Positions 28,166-39,724 of a DNA stretch of 64,000 bases are shown here, piece by piece; position 1 is the stretch's first letter; every line of letters begins with the position of its first letter. The notes under the pieces were generated by a model that was not told where the DNA came from, did no database searches, and saw only the letters and a program-made list of their open reading frames with translations. The position numbers and the translations under genes are program-made. The DNA comes from an uncultured Candidatus Binatia bacterium (GTDB lineage: Bacteria > Desulfobacterota > Binatia > Bin18): positions 192,001 to 256,000 of the forward strand of contig OZ241744.1 in NCBI GenBank assembly GCA_965200965.1, written 5' to 3'.

Positions 28166-30004
28166 GTGAACAAGGTTTCACACAATCTCGCTTTATGGCT
28201 GGTATTGGGGCTCATGATTCTCCTGCTGTTTAATTTATTCAGCCGCCAGCAGCCCCGGCGGCCCGAGGTCGTGTTCAGCGATTTCTTTGCCTACCTCAAA
28301 AACGGGGATGTCTCCGAAGTCACCATACAGGGACAGACGATTCACGGTCGCTTCAAGGACGCCCAAGGCTTTAAGACCTATGCGCCGCGGTATTATCCCG
28401 ACTTGATGAGTACGCTGCACGAGCAGGGGGTGCGGATTACCGTCCGGCCCGAGGAGGGCGACCCGTGGTACGTCGCCGTCTTAGTCCAGTGGTTTCCGAT
28501 GCTGCTCCTCATCGGTGTCTGGGTGTTCTTCATGCGCCAGATGCAGATGGGCGGGGGCAAGGCCATGTCGTTTGGCAAGAGCCGGGCCAAGGTGCTGACT
28601 GAGAATCAGCAAAAAGTCACTTTCAGTGATGTTGCGGGTATCGAAGAGGCCAAACAAGAACTGGAAGAGATCATCGCCTTTCTGAAAGATCCCAAAAAGT
28701 TTACCCGCCTGGGCGGTCGTATTCCCAAGGGCGTGTTGCTGGTTGGTGCACCGGGAACCGGAAAAACGCTGTTGGCCCGGGCCATTGCCGGCGAGGCCGG
28801 GGTTCCATTCTTCTCGATCAGCGGCTCAGATTTTGTCGAGATGTTTGTCGGGGTCGGTGCCTCCCGTGTCCGCGACCTGTTTATCCAGGGCAAAAAGCAG
28901 GCCCCCTGCCTCATCTTCATTGACGAGATCGATGCGGTTGGACGCCACCGTGGGGCGGGGCTGGGCGGCGGCCACGACGAACGCGAACAGACGCTGAACC
29001 AACTCCTGGTCGAAATGGACGGGTTCGAGGCTAGTGAGGGGGTCATTCTTATCGCCGCCACCAATCGGCCCGATGTCCTTGACCCGGCCCTGCTGCGGCC
29101 GGGGCGGTTTGATCGGCGGGTGGTTGTGCCCCGTCCGGATGTCCGCGGCCGCGAAGAGATTCTGCGTGTCCACAGCCGCCATGTGCCAACCGACGAGAGC
29201 GTTGATGTCGAAACTCTAGCCCGTGCAACGCCGGGTTTCTCCGGGGCCGATCTTGAGAATCTGGTCAACGAGGCCGCCCTGCTGGCCGCCCGCCAAAACA
29301 AAGAAAAAGTCAGCATGGAAGACTTTGAGTTGTCCAAAGACAAGGTCTTGATGGGAGCCGAGCGGCGCAGTCTGATCCTGATGTCTGAAGAGAAACGCAA
29401 CACTGCCTATCACGAGGCGGGCCATGCGCTCGTCGCCGGACTCACCCCGGGCACCGATCCGGTCCACAAGGTCTCGATTATCCCGCGTGGCATGGCGCTC
29501 GGCGTGACCCAGCAGGTCCCGGTCGACGACCGTCATACCTTCTCCAAAGAGTATGTGCTCAAGCGTCTGGCGGTTATGTTCGGCGGTCGAGTGGCGGAAG
29601 AACTCGTGCTCGGTCATACCACAACCGGCGCGGGTGACGACATCGAGAAAGCGACCGAACTAGCCCGTCGTATGGTGTGTGAATGGGGTATGAGCGAAAA
29701 GCTCGGTCCGATGACGTTTGGGAAAAAAGATGAGCAGATTTTTCTGGGCCGTGATTTCACCCAGATGAAAGAATACTCTGAACAGACAGCGATTGAGATT
29801 GATACTGAGATCCGGCGGATCATCATGAACGCCTATGAGCGGGCCAAGGTACTGTTGCAGACCAATATTGAGGTCTTGCACAAGATGGCCGAGCAACTCC
29901 TGGAGAAAGAAGTCCTGGACGGAGCCGAGATCGCCGAGATGATTAAACTCTTCAGCAAAGATCCAAACGCGGTGAGCGGTCCACCGGCATCAGCCGAGGA
30001 CTAG
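28166..30004 (+). CDS. ftsH: ATP-dependent zinc metalloprotease FtsH
   Basis: Two TMs, [21 protein letters not shown] and HEAGH motifs. Confidence 0.98.
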   Translation: MNKVSHNLALWLVLGLMILLLFNLFSRQQPRRPEVVFSDFFAYLKNGDVSEVTIQGQTIHGRFKDAQGFKTYAPRYYPDLMSTLHEQGVRITVRPEEGDPWYVAVLVQWFPMLLLIGVWVFFMRQMQMGGGKAMSFGKSRAKVLTENQQKVTFSDVAGIEEAKQELEEIIAFLKDPKKFTRLGGRIPKGVLLVGAPGTGKTLLARAIAGEAGVPFFSISGSDFVEMFVGVGASRVRDLFIQGKKQAPCLIFIDEIDAVGRHRGAGLGGGHDEREQTLNQLLVEMDGFEASEGVILIAATNRPDVLDPALLRPGRFDRRVVVPRPDVRGREEILRVHSRHVPTDESVDVETLARATPGFSGADLENLVNEAALLAARQNKEKVSMEDFELSKDKVLMGAERRSLILMSEEKRNTAYHEAGHALVAGLTPGTDPVHKVSIIPRGMALGVTQQVPVDDRHTFSKEYVLKRLAVMFGGRVAEELVLGHTTTGAGDDIEKATELARRMVCEWGMSEKLGPMTFGKKDEQIFLGRDFTQMKEYSEQTAIEIDTEIRRIIMNAYERAKVLLQTNIEVLHKMAEQLLEKEVLDGAEIAEMIKLFSKDPNAVSGPPASAED

Positions 30005-30146
30005 TCCGAAAGCTAAGGCCACCCATGCCGCACATCGTCCGTCTTGGCCACCGGCGCTCGGCCACTCTCCTCGGCGGATGCCCCCGCCTCAGCCGACAAA
30101 CGCCGTCCCTGTCCGAGCGGGGTGTGGGAGCAGCAGCCTAAGCTCC

Positions 30147-30902
30147 ATGTCCGATCTCTTCATTCAACTGCGCTGGCAAGACCTCCTTGACGTCGTCCTC
30201 ATTGCCTGTGGGGTATACTGGATCATCCACCTGATCCGAGGGACTCGGGCAGTGCAGATGTTGGTCGGCCTCGTTTTCCTGTTTCTAACCTATCTCGGCT
30301 CTCAGGTTCTGGAGTTGTACACCTTGAACTGGATGCTGGACAACTTCCTCGGCTCTATCCTGCTCGTTATTGTTGTGCTGTTTCAGAACGATATCCGTCG
30401 GGCCTTGACCGAGATGGGGCGCGGGTCCTTGCTCGGGGCACATACCCGAAGCACATATGCCTCGGTTGTTGAGGAGGTGAGCCGGGCTGCGGTTTCGCTG
30501 GCCTCAAAACGGATTGGGGCGTTGATTGTCCTGGAGCGAGCCGTCGGGCTCAACGAGTACATCGGGGGCGGTACCCCGCTTGATGCCCAGGTGAGTAAAG
30601 AACTGCTGGGGAGTATTTTTCTGACCGCCTCACCGATTCATGACGGAGCGGTTGTCATTCAGGCCGGGCGGATTACCGCCGCGGGATGTTTTTTGCCGCT
30701 GACTGTCAATCTCGGCGTGAGTAAAAACCTCGGCGCTCGCCATCGGGCGGCAATCGGGCTGACCGAGGAAACCGATGCGGTTGTTGTGATAGTATCGGAA
30801 GAGGAGGGGGCGGTGGCATTGGTGCGGGAAGGGCGGATCGAACCTGACTTAGATGTCGGCACCCTTCGCGCCTCGCTCCTGCAGTTTTTTGTCCATGCTT
30901 GA
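30147..30902 (+). CDS. cdaA: Diadenylate cyclase CdaA/DacA
   Basis: Three TMs plus a DAC domain with HDGA and RHRAA. Confidence 0.95.
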   Translation: MSDLFIQLRWQDLLDVVLIACGVYWIIHLIRGTRAVQMLVGLVFLFLTYLGSQVLELYTLNWMLDNFLGSILLVIVVLFQNDIRRALTEMGRGSLLGAHTRSTYASVVEEVSRAAVSLASKRIGALIVLERAVGLNEYIGGGTPLDAQVSKELLGSIFLTASPIHDGAVVIQAGRITAAGCFLPLTVNLGVSKNLGARHRAAIGLTEETDAVVVIVSEEEGAVALVREGRIEPDLDVGTLRASLLQFFVHA

Positions 30903-31908
30903 ATACGGCTTCCACCTCCTGGGGCGGGTCATCTTTCGGAACATCTTCGCCAAAGTGTTCTCTATAGTCTTTGCCGCCGGATTGTGGCTGATGGTGAATG
31001 CTGGAGAGCGGGATACCGAAAAGTCGCTGACCGTTCCGCTCGAATGGCGGAATCTGCCATCCCACCTGGTCGTAACCGGAGCCGAGGTTGATTCGGTCGA
31101 TGTCCAAGTCCTCGGACCGCGCACCCTGTTGGGTTTACTCAACCAACCTAAGATTGTGCTGGATCTGACCGGGATGCGTCCCGGTCAGTCGTCTTTCCGG
31201 ATTGGGGCCGAGCGGCTCAGTTTGCCGCGCGGGGTGCGGCTGGTGCGGATCAGTCCGTCTCAGATCAACCTCGATATTACCCGGATTGAGACGCGCACCG
31301 TGCCGGTCCATCTTGAGGTACAAGGCGAGCCAGCCTCGGGCTATCAAGCCGGCGAGATGGAACTCGTGCCCGACACTGTCGAGGTCACCGGTCCAGCTCC
31401 TGCTGTGGCCCGTCTGGAGTCGGTGCTGACCGAGCCTCTGCAGCTGAGTCGGCTGACCCAATCAACGACGCTTGATCTCGATTTGATACAGCCACAGGAT
31501 GAGCTGTTGTCCTACAACTTGGCGCAGGTTCGCGTTCGGGTTGAGATTCAGGACGTGATGATCTCGCGCGCCTTCCAGCAGATCGCGTTGACCGTGCGCA
31601 ATACGGACTTCCTTGCCGCGCTGTCTCCGACCACGGTCGATGTTGTTGCACGCGGCCCGCAGCGGGTGCTGGAACAGCTCCAGTTGAGTGAGCAGGAGGT
31701 CTTTATTGATGCGGCCGGACACGAGCCAGGCACGGCACCAGTCGCCATAACGGTGCTGGTGCCACCGGGGGTGGAGATTGTCTCCCAAGAGCCGAGAGAG
31801 GTGTCTCTAACCCTGACGAACGGGCGAGCCGCTCAGCCGGGTGAAGAAGACCCGGACGCTGGAGAGCATCCCGCCGGGGCGGGCGAACAGGAACAGCCAC
31901 CAAAGTGA
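30895..31908 (+). CDS. cdaR: CdaR/YbbR-like regulator
   Basis: N-terminal TM and YbbR repeats; lies between cdaA and glmM. Confidence 0.88.
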   Translation: MLEYGFHLLGRVIFRNIFAKVFSIVFAAGLWLMVNAGERDTEKSLTVPLEWRNLPSHLVVTGAEVDSVDVQVLGPRTLLGLLNQPKIVLDLTGMRPGQSSFRIGAERLSLPRGVRLVRISPSQINLDITRIETRTVPVHLEVQGEPASGYQAGEMELVPDTVEVTGPAPAVARLESVLTEPLQLSRLTQSTTLDLDLIQPQDELLSYNLAQVRVRVEIQDVMISRAFQQIALTVRNTDFLAALSPTTVDVVARGPQRVLEQLQLSEQEVFIDAAGHEPGTAPVAITVLVPPGVEIVSQEPREVSLTLTNGRAAQPGEEDPDAGEHPAGAGEQEQPPK

Positions 31909-31980
31909 ATGATGATGACTACCTCATCAGGAAGAGAGCATCGTTCACTTTGCACAGGTACGAGCGAGAGGGGCGGGCCT

Positions 31981-33378
31981 ATGACAGACAATAGCAATGG
32001 ACGGGGCGATGGGCACACGGGGGAACGCTTGTTTGGCACCGACGGGATTCGGGGGGTGGCCAACATTGAGCCGATGACGGCCGAAACGGCGCTGCGGCTC
32101 GGACGAGCGCTGGCCTATGTCTTTCGTAATACCCCGGGGCGGCATAAAATTCTGATTGGCAAGGACACCCGTTTGTCGGGCTATATGCTTGAGACCGCCC
32201 TGGCGTCCGGCATCTGTTCGATGGGCGTTGATGTGCTCTTGGTCGGGCCTCTTCCAACTCCTGGGATTGCCTTTCTGACCCGCAGCCAGCGGGCCAATGC
32301 CGGGGTGGTAATCTCTGCCTCGCATAATCCGTTCCAGGATAATGGGGTCAAAATTTTTTCGCGGGATGGGTTCAAGTTGCCCGACAGCATCGAAGATATC
32401 ATCGAAGGGCTGGTCATAGGCGACAAGATTAACCATTTGCGGCCCACCGCAACCGCTATCGGCAAAGCCCTCCGGATAGATGATGCCCTAGGGCGCTACA
32501 GCGCCTTTGCCAAGACTACTTTTCCGCGTGAGTTGACCCTGGACGGGGTCAAAATCGTCATCGACTGCGCCAACGGCGCAGGCTACAGAGTGGCTCCCGA
32601 AGTCTTGACCGAACTGGGTGCACAGGTGACCGCGATCGGGGTTGAACCGGACGGGGAGAATATCAACGCTGACTGTGGGGCGCTCCACCCCTACCACGCA
32701 CAACGCTTGGTCCGAGAGACTGGGGCAGACATCGGGCTGGCCCTTGACGGCGATGCCGACCGGGCCGTCCTGGTTGACGAGACCGCCGAGATTGTCGATG
32801 GTGACGCTATCCTGGCCATTGCTGCCGAGGAAAAGCTGCGCACCGGAAAACTCCCGTATAAGACCCTGGTGGCAACCGTGATGAGTAATCTCGGCCTTGA
32901 GATGGCGCTGCGCCGGATGGGCGGACAGTTGGTCCGCACCCCGGTCGGTGACCGTTATGTGGTCGAAGCGATGCGGCGGGGGGGGTATGTGCTGGGCGGA
33001 GAGCAGTCCGGGCATGTTGTTTTCCTGGACACCAATACGACCGGAGACGGTCTGATTACCTTTCTGTCGATCTTGGCCATCATGGTTCAGCGCCAACAGC
33101 CACTGTCCGAACTCAAGCGCATTATGCCGCACTACCCGCAACACCTCAGCAATGTCAGGGTGCGTGAGCGGCGCGACTTGGCCCGCGTCGAACCGATTGC
33201 TCTGACCATTGAGCGGGTAACTAAAGCGCTGGGCGACTCCGGCCGCCTGCTGGTGCGCTACTCGGGGACCGAACCCTTGGTCAGGGTCATGGTCGAAGGA
33301 ACAGACGAGAGCCTGGTGCGTGGTTGCGCTGAGGAAGTGGCCGACGCGGTGCGGACACATTTGGGCGTGTCAGAGTAG
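31981..33378 (+). CDS. glmM: Phosphoglucosamine mutase
   Basis: [27 protein letters not shown] and RYSGTEP motifs. Confidence 0.97.
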   Translation: MTDNSNGRGDGHTGERLFGTDGIRGVANIEPMTAETALRLGRALAYVFRNTPGRHKILIGKDTRLSGYMLETALASGICSMGVDVLLVGPLPTPGIAFLTRSQRANAGVVISASHNPFQDNGVKIFSRDGFKLPDSIEDIIEGLVIGDKINHLRPTATAIGKALRIDDALGRYSAFAKTTFPRELTLDGVKIVIDCANGAGYRVAPEVLTELGAQVTAIGVEPDGENINADCGALHPYHAQRLVRETGADIGLALDGDADRAVLVDETAEIVDGDAILAIAAEEKLRTGKLPYKTLVATVMSNLGLEMALRRMGGQLVRTPVGDRYVVEAMRRGGYVLGGEQSGHVVFLDTNTTGDGLITFLSILAIMVQRQQPLSELKRIMPHYPQHLSNVRVRERRDLARVEPIALTIERVTKALGDSGRLLVRYSGTEPLVRVMVEGTDESLVRGCAEEVADAVRTHLGVSE

Positions 33379-33384
33379 GACAGC

Positions 33385-34995
33385 GTGACGTATCTGGTGA
33401 CCAGCCAACAGATGCGTGAGCTCGACCGGCTCACCATTGAACGCTACGGCACGCCGGGTCGGGTGCTCATGGAGCGGGCCGGAGCCGGGGCAACGGCCCA
33501 CTTGCTTGCGGCGTTTCCGCAGCTCCTGAGCGACAAAAAGCACGCTGCCGTCTTGGTGCTGGCCGGCAAGGGCAATAACGGCGGTGACGGCTTTGTCATG
33601 GCCCGCCTCCTCAAAAAACACGGCCTCGCCTGCGAGGTCGTCTTGGCTGCTAAGCGGGCGGCCGTGAGCGTCGATGCGCGCCGCCCTATGCTGGCCTTTG
33701 CCCGCGGCCGTGGGCGGATCACCGAATTGACGCAGCCGGACCAGCTGTCGCTGGTCCGGGACAAACTGAGGAGCTGTTGTGTGGTCGTTGATGCCCTGCT
33801 GGGGACCGGCCTCAACGCGCCGGTCCGGGGGCTGGCTGCCGAGCTGATTACGCTGGTCAATGCCAGCGGCCGGCCGGTGGTCGCGGCTGATATTCCGTCC
33901 GGCTTAGACGCCGACCGTGGACAGCCTCTAGGGACCGCGATTCGGGCCCAGCTGACCGCCACGTTTGGCTATCCCAAGCTCGGCCTGAGCCTGTATCCGG
34001 GGTTGAATTATGTCGGCCGTCTGGTCGTCGTCGATATCGGGATTGCGCCTGAGGCCTTGGACACAGTCCGGCCGATGGTGGGTCTGCTGAGTCCTCAAAC
34101 AGTAGCTCATCTCCTCCAGCCACGTCAGCCCGAGTCACACAAGGGCAGCTTTGGACACCTGTTGGTCCTGGCCGGTGCCCGCGGCAAGAGCGGTGCCGCA
34201 CTGTTGGCCGCCTCGGCCGGCCTGCGGGTTGGAACCGGTCTGGTAACGCTGGCCGGACCTGAGTCCCTCGTGCCGGTCTTTTCTTCAGCCCTGCTTGAAG
34301 CCATGACGGTCGGCCTGCCCGAACGCGCCGACGGCAGCCTGCGGATGACAGCAAAAGCACTGCACGCGCTGCTCCTGGATAGGACCGCCATCGCGTTTGG
34401 ACCAGGTATTAGCGTCTCGGTCGACACGCTCAGGCTGACCCGCTGGTTGCTCAAGCAGAGCGAAGTGCCGCTCCTGATTGACGCCGACGGCCTGAACTGT
34501 GTGGCAGCCCAGCCCGACATGCTGAGGGCGGCGTCGCAGCCGGTCGTACTGACCCCGCATCCGGGCGAAATGGCGCGGCTGATCGGCACGGGCACGGCTG
34601 AGGTCCAGGCCAGGCGGCTTGAGATCGCCCGCAGTTTTGCCGGCCACTCCGGGTGTTATGTCGTCCTGAAAGGCGCGCGGACGGTGGTTGCCGCTCCTGA
34701 CGGCTGGGCCTGGATCAATCCGACCGGCAACCCTGGTATGGCCAGCGGCGGTATGGGCGACGCCCTGGCCGGCATCATCGGCGGCCTTCTGGCCCAGGGC
34801 TATCAACCGGCCGAGGCGTGTCAGTTAGGCGTCTTTGTCCACGGCAGCGCCGGTGACTTGGCGGTCCAGGAGATTGGACCGGTCGGGATACTGGCCCGAG
34901 ATGTTATTGACCGGCTGCCGCGCTCACTCCAGTCGCTCTCGGCTGTTCAGACCGACCGTGTCCCGTCCACCGTCCAGACGGTGCTTCAGCCATGA
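33385..34995 (+). CDS. nnr: Bifunctional NAD(P)H-hydrate epimerase/dehydratase
   Basis: GKGNNGGDG, DIPSG, HKGSFG, TPHPGE and GMGDALAG motifs. Confidence 0.95.
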   Translation: MTYLVTSQQMRELDRLTIERYGTPGRVLMERAGAGATAHLLAAFPQLLSDKKHAAVLVLAGKGNNGGDGFVMARLLKKHGLACEVVLAAKRAAVSVDARRPMLAFARGRGRITELTQPDQLSLVRDKLRSCCVVVDALLGTGLNAPVRGLAAELITLVNASGRPVVAADIPSGLDADRGQPLGTAIRAQLTATFGYPKLGLSLYPGLNYVGRLVVVDIGIAPEALDTVRPMVGLLSPQTVAHLLQPRQPESHKGSFGHLLVLAGARGKSGAALLAASAGLRVGTGLVTLAGPESLVPVFSSALLEAMTVGLPERADGSLRMTAKALHALLLDRTAIAFGPGISVSVDTLRLTRWLLKQSEVPLLIDADGLNCVAAQPDMLRAASQPVVLTPHPGEMARLIGTGTAEVQARRLEIARSFAGHSGCYVVLKGARTVVAAPDGWAWINPTGNPGMASGGMGDALAGIIGGLLAQGYQPAEACQLGVFVHGSAGDLAVQEIGPVGILARDVIDRLPRSLQSLSAVQTDRVPSTVQTVLQP

Positions 34996-35486
34996 ATGCC
35001 AGCCTGACTGTGCGAACTGTCAGTCCCCAACAGACCCGAGCGCTCGGCCGGGAGGTCGGCCAGAGCTTATTGCCCGGAGCCATTGTTGGCCTTGAGGGTG
35101 ACCTGGGGGTTGGCAAAACCTGTTTTGTGAAGGGCTTGGCCACCGGCCTGGGGCTTGACGGCGACGAGATCGCCAGCCCCACCTTTACTCTTATCGCCGA
35201 GCATTATAGGGGGAAGGCTGCGCTGTTCCATATTGACCTGTACCGTTTGGAGGGCCTTGGGGCCGAGGATATGGAGGAGCTGGGGGTTGAGGAGTATCTG
35301 TTTGGCCGGGGGGTGAGCGTGGTTGAGTGGTTTCGGTTTCTCCCGGCCGAGTTGCTTGAGGAGTATCTGCTGGTGTCCTTGCGCTTTGGGCCGGCTGATG
35401 TCCGAATGCTTACGCTGACGGCGTATGGTGAGCCTTACCGACACTTGATACGCCGGCTTGAAGAAGCCTGCCGTTTTTCCTGCTGA
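34992..35486 (+). CDS. tsaE: tRNA threonylcarbamoyladenosine biosynthesis ATPase
   Basis: [19 protein letters not shown] and VEW motifs. Confidence 0.95.
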   Translation: MNASLTVRTVSPQQTRALGREVGQSLLPGAIVGLEGDLGVGKTCFVKGLATGLGLDGDEIASPTFTLIAEHYRGKAALFHIDLYRLEGLGAEDMEELGVEEYLFGRGVSVVEWFRFLPAELLEEYLLVSLRFGPADVRMLTLTAYGEPYRHLIRRLEEACRFSC

Positions 35487-35497
35487 AGACAGATCAC

Positions 35498-36712
35498 ATG
35501 CTTATTGTTCAGAAATACGGCGGAACATCGATCGGCTCGCCTGACCGAATTAAAGCGGTCGCCCAGCGGATCGCCGAAACCCGGAACGCTGGCCACCGGG
35601 TCGCGGTGGTGGTGTCTGCCATGAGCGGTGAGACCGACCGGCTGTTGGGCTTGGCTAGGCAGGTGACACAGCGGCCCGACGCCCAGGCCAGCGATCTCCT
35701 GGTTTCAACCGGAGAACAAGTCACCGTGGCCCTGCTGTCTATGGCTCTGAAAGACATGGGCTATCCGACCCAACCGCTGCTCGGCCATCAGGTCGCAATT
35801 ACCACCGATAGCGCCTTTGGCCGGGCGCGGATCCAGCGCATCGCAACCGAGCGTCTGACCGGCGTGCTCAACAGCGGTGCCATCGTCGTGGTGGCCGGCT
35901 TTCAGGGGGTTGACGCCGCCGACAACATCACCACCCTGGGCCGGGGCGGGTCAGATACCTCGGCAGTGGCTATTGCGGCTGTGACCCGGGCCGATGTATG
36001 CGAGATTTACACCGATGTGGACGGCGTGTATACCGCGGACCCGCGCCTCTGTCCCAACGCCCGCAAGCTTCGGCGCATCTCCTACGACGAGATGCTTGAA
36101 TTGGCCAGCCTGGGAGCAAAAGTTTTGCAGATCCGGGCGGTTGAGTTTGCCAAACGCCATCAGGTAGCGGTCCATGTCCGGTCGAGCTTTGCGCCGGACA
36201 CCGGAACGTTTTTGGTCGAAGAGGAGCCGAGTATGGAAGATGTGATCGTCTCAGGCGTGACATCTGACCTGAACCAAGCCAAAATTACCCTACAGCAGGT
36301 TCCCGACCGGCCAGGTCTGGCGGCCAAGTTGTTTACCCCGATTGCCGATGACAATATTGTGGTCGATATGATCATCCAAAACGCCAGCGCTGAGGGCTAT
36401 ACCGACCTGACCTTTACCGTACCCCAAGACGACGTGCAAAGGGCGCTGAGCCGGGTTGAATCCATTGCCGAAGAGATTCAGGCCGGCGGGGTGACGTTCG
36501 ACCCGCAGGTCGCCAAGGTGTCTATCGTCGGCCTCGGCATGCGCAGCCATGCCGGGGTGGCGTCGCGCACGTTTCAGGTCTTGGCCGGCGAGGGGATCAA
36601 CATCCAGATGATTTCGACCTCAGAGATTAAAATTTCCATTGTCATTGAGGCCAAATACCGCGAGCTGGCCGTCCGCGTCTTGCACGACGAGTTTATCGCC
36701 CCGGCCCAGTAA
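35498..36712 (+). CDS. lysC: Aspartate kinase
   Basis: [16 protein letters not shown] and YTDVDG motifs; two ACT domains. Confidence 0.96.
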   Translation: MLIVQKYGGTSIGSPDRIKAVAQRIAETRNAGHRVAVVVSAMSGETDRLLGLARQVTQRPDAQASDLLVSTGEQVTVALLSMALKDMGYPTQPLLGHQVAITTDSAFGRARIQRIATERLTGVLNSGAIVVVAGFQGVDAADNITTLGRGGSDTSAVAIAAVTRADVCEIYTDVDGVYTADPRLCPNARKLRRISYDEMLELASLGAKVLQIRAVEFAKRHQVAVHVRSSFAPDTGTFLVEEEPSMEDVIVSGVTSDLNQAKITLQQVPDRPGLAAKLFTPIADDNIVVDMIIQNASAEGYTDLTFTVPQDDVQRALSRVESIAEEIQAGGVTFDPQVAKVSIVGLGMRSHAGVASRTFQVLAGEGINIQMISTSEIKISIVIEAKYRELAVRVLHDEFIAPAQ

Positions 36713-36739
36713 AGCGCACCTGCTTCTCAGAGGTTCACC

Positions 36740-38356
36740 ATGCAACGCATAGTCCTATACGATACCACCCTGCGTGACGGCTGCCAGTCCGAAGACGTGG
36801 CCTTTACTCTGGAAGATAAGCTGTTGGTCGCCCAACAGCTGGACAATTTCGGCATTCGCTACATTGAGGGCGGCTGGCCTGGCTCTAACCCGCGCGACGA
36901 AGAGTTTTTTAGCGCGGTCAAAAAGCTGTCTCTCAAACAGGCCAGAATTGCCGCCTTTGGCTCCACCCGTCGGGCCACTATCGCGGCCGCCGATGACCTG
37001 AATATCCGCTTGTTGCTCCAAGCCGGGACCCCGGTCGTCACCATCGTCGGCAAGACCTGGGATCTGCATGTCCGAGACGATCTGCGGATTTCACAACAGG
37101 CCAACCTTGACGTCATTGGCGACTCGATTGCCTATCTCAAGACCCGCGTGGATGAGGTCTTTTTTGACGCCGAGCACTTTTTTGACGGCTATCGGGCCAA
37201 CCCCGACTATGCCCTGGCCTGCCTGAAGGTGGCTGCCGAAGCCGGGGCCGATGTGCTGGTCTTATGTGATACACGCGGGGGCAGCATGCCGCACGAGGTT
37301 CAGGAGTTGACCCAGGCAGCCGCCCGGCTGGGGAGCCGCCTGGGCATTCACTGCCACAACGACTGCGAGCTGGCCGTTGCCAACTCGCTGGCCGGCGTAG
37401 AGGGCGGAGCCAGTCAAGTACAGGGCACGATTAACGGTTTTGGCGAGCGGTGCGGCAACGCCAACCTGTGCTCAGTCGTCCCGAATCTCCAGCTCAAACT
37501 CGGCTACCAGTGTGTCAGCCCGGACCAGCTCAAGACTCTGCCGACGGTGTCCCGCACGGTGTACGAACTGGCCAATATCGAACCCCACAAACGCCAAGCC
37601 TATGTTGGTGCCAGCGCCTTTGCCCATAAGGGCGGGCTGCACGTCGCCGCGGTCCAAAAAAACCGCCAGACCTACGAACATATCGATCCCGAGCTGATCG
37701 GCAACCACCAGCGCGTCCTGGTCTCTGACTTGTCGGGCCGCAGCAATGTGATCTACAAAGCCAGGCAGTTCGGGCTTGACGTGGACAATACCGACCCCGC
37801 GGTCAAAACGATTCTGCGCGAGGTCAAACAGCTCGAAAACGCCGGCTTCCAGTATGAGGGGGCTGACGCATCGTTTGAGTTGCTGATGCAAAAAGCGTTG
37901 AACGGCAAGGTGCGCCACTTCCGTTTGATCGGCTTTCGGGTGATTGATGAGAAGCGCAAAGAGGACGAGCTCTCCCTGTCTGAGGCCACGATCATAGTCG
38001 AAGGCCCGGACGGGGCGGTTGAGCATACCGCGGCCCAGGGCAACGGGCCGATTAACGCCCTTGACCGCGCGCTGCGCAAAGCCCTGACCCAGTTCTATCC
38101 CCAGCTCGAAACAATGGAGCTGCTCGACTACAAGGTCCGGGTCCTGGGCGGAGACGCCGGAACCGGGGCAACGGTGCGGGTATTGATTGAATCCGGGGAC
38201 GAACACAGCAAATGGGGAACGGTCGGGGTGTCGCCAAATGTGATTGAGGCCAGCTGGCAGGCGCTGGTTGATAGCATTGAGTACAAACTGTACAAAGATA
38301 AAAAGCGCACAGGCGAACCCGTGCCAGCCGAGGGGCCCGCTCCGTCGCGGGCCTGA
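36740..38356 (+). CDS. cimA: Citramalate synthase
   Basis: DTTLRDG, IEGGWPGSNP, DAEHFFDG, HCHND and AFAHKGGLH motifs. Confidence 0.92.
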   Translation: MQRIVLYDTTLRDGCQSEDVAFTLEDKLLVAQQLDNFGIRYIEGGWPGSNPRDEEFFSAVKKLSLKQARIAAFGSTRRATIAAADDLNIRLLLQAGTPVVTIVGKTWDLHVRDDLRISQQANLDVIGDSIAYLKTRVDEVFFDAEHFFDGYRANPDYALACLKVAAEAGADVLVLCDTRGGSMPHEVQELTQAAARLGSRLGIHCHNDCELAVANSLAGVEGGASQVQGTINGFGERCGNANLCSVVPNLQLKLGYQCVSPDQLKTLPTVSRTVYELANIEPHKRQAYVGASAFAHKGGLHVAAVQKNRQTYEHIDPELIGNHQRVLVSDLSGRSNVIYKARQFGLDVDNTDPAVKTILREVKQLENAGFQYEGADASFELLMQKALNGKVRHFRLIGFRVIDEKRKEDELSLSEATIIVEGPDGAVEHTAAQGNGPINALDRALRKALTQFYPQLETMELLDYKVRVLGGDAGTGATVRVLIESGDEHSKWGTVGVSPNVIEASWQALVDSIEYKLYKDKKRTGEPVPAEGPAPSRA

Positions 38357-38381
38357 ACAGACTGATTTTTCCCGGCTTTCC

Positions 38382-38963
38382 ATGCTTCGACGGACATACG
38401 ACTGGGTCCTCGGCTGGGCTGACCATCGCTATGGCGGCTTGGCCCTGCTGCTGTTCGCTTTTGTCGAGTCGTCCTTCTTTCCCATTCCGCCTGATGTGCT
38501 GCTGATGGCCCTGGCCCTGGGCAAACCAGGGGCGGCTTTTCGGTTTGCCCTGCTCTGTTCGGTCGGCTCTGTTGCCGGCGGGTTGGGCGGCTATCTGATC
38601 GGCTGGCTCTTGATGGACGCGATCGGTCGGCCGATCATTGAACTATATAACGCTCAGGCCGCGTTTGCCGAGGTGCAGCAGCGATTCACCGACTATGGGG
38701 GCTGGGCCGTTGCCATTGCCGGCTTTACGCCTATTCCGTACAAGGTATTCACCATTGCCGCGGGAGCAACCCAGATGTCGCTGACGATCTTTGTGATTGC
38801 TTCGAGCCTGAGCCGCTCGGCCCGTTTTTTCCTGGTGAGCGGCCTGATCTATTACTACGGCCCGACCATCACGACCTTCATTGACAAATACTTCAACATC
38901 CTGACAATAGTCTTTACGATTCTGGTGCTGCTCGGATTTGTGGTTCTGGGCTGGTCCGGCTAG
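38382..38963 (+). CDS. DedA/YqaA family membrane protein
   Basis: ESSFFPIPPD and FTPIPYKVFTI motifs. Confidence 0.92.
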   Translation: MLRRTYDWVLGWADHRYGGLALLLFAFVESSFFPIPPDVLLMALALGKPGAAFRFALLCSVGSVAGGLGGYLIGWLLMDAIGRPIIELYNAQAAFAEVQQRFTDYGGWAVAIAGFTPIPYKVFTIAAGATQMSLTIFVIASSLSRSARFFLVSGLIYYYGPTITTFIDKYFNILTIVFTILVLLGFVVLGWSG

Positions 38964-39000
38964 AGAATGGGAGAGCAGCGGTGAGAGTGAAGGAGTGGCG

Positions 39001-39708
39001 GTGCGGAGGCGGGTGGTTCTCGGGCTGGGGCTTATGCTGCTGTGGTGTGTGGGCCTGACGGCCTGCTCACGCGGGGCCAGACAGTTGGTTCATACTGTTC
39101 GACCGGGTGACACCCTGTCTGCTATCGGTGTGCGCTACGGCGTCCCCTTTCAGGACATTTCCCGGCTGAATGATCTTGCAGACCCGGATAAAATTGAGGC
39201 CGGTCAACGCCTGCGTATCCCCCACGGCGGGACCGACTCGCGCACAAGCGGCCGTCGCCAGTTGGCCGGCCGGGCCGTAAAGCAAAAGCCCGGCTCGCCC
39301 CGGCCGGCCCCGACCACGGGCCGTTTTCTCTGGCCGACCACAGGCGTGTTGACCTCTCGATTCGGGCCACGCAACAACAGCTTTCATGACGGGATTGACA
39401 TTGCTGCTCCGGTCGGCACCCCGGTCGTGGCCGCCGCTCCAGGCGAAGTCATCTACAGTGGAGAGTTGCGCGGCTATGGGAAGGTCATTATTGTGCGGCA
39501 CGGCAATGGCTATGCCTCGGTGTATGCCCACAACAGCACCCACTATGTGAAACAGGGCCAGTTCGTGAAACAGGGCCAGCGGATCGCCGCGGTCGGCAAG
39601 ACCGGACGGGCCACCGGCCCCAACTTGCATTTTGAGATCCGACGCCATAATAAACCCCGGAATCCGCTCAAACTCTTGCCCTCGAACCGTCAGGTCGTCG
39701 GCAGATAA
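39001..39708 (+). CDS. LysM plus M23 peptidase lipoprotein (NlpD-like)
   Basis: Lipobox LTAC, LysM HTVRPGDTLSAI, HDGID and LHFE motifs. Confidence 0.92.
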   Translation: MRRRVVLGLGLMLLWCVGLTACSRGARQLVHTVRPGDTLSAIGVRYGVPFQDISRLNDLADPDKIEAGQRLRIPHGGTDSRTSGRRQLAGRAVKQKPGSPRPAPTTGRFLWPTTGVLTSRFGPRNNSFHDGIDIAAPVGTPVVAAAPGEVIYSGELRGYGKVIIVRHGNGYASVYAHNSTHYVKQGQFVKQGQRIAAVGKTGRATGPNLHFEIRRHNKPRNPLKLLPSNRQVVGR

Positions 39709-39724
39709 CGCGCCGGAGACCGCC

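Noticed and set aside
30147-33378. c-di-AMP module as a novelty
   Set aside because: cdaA-cdaR-glmM is a well-known conserved arrangement, including in deltaproteobacteria.
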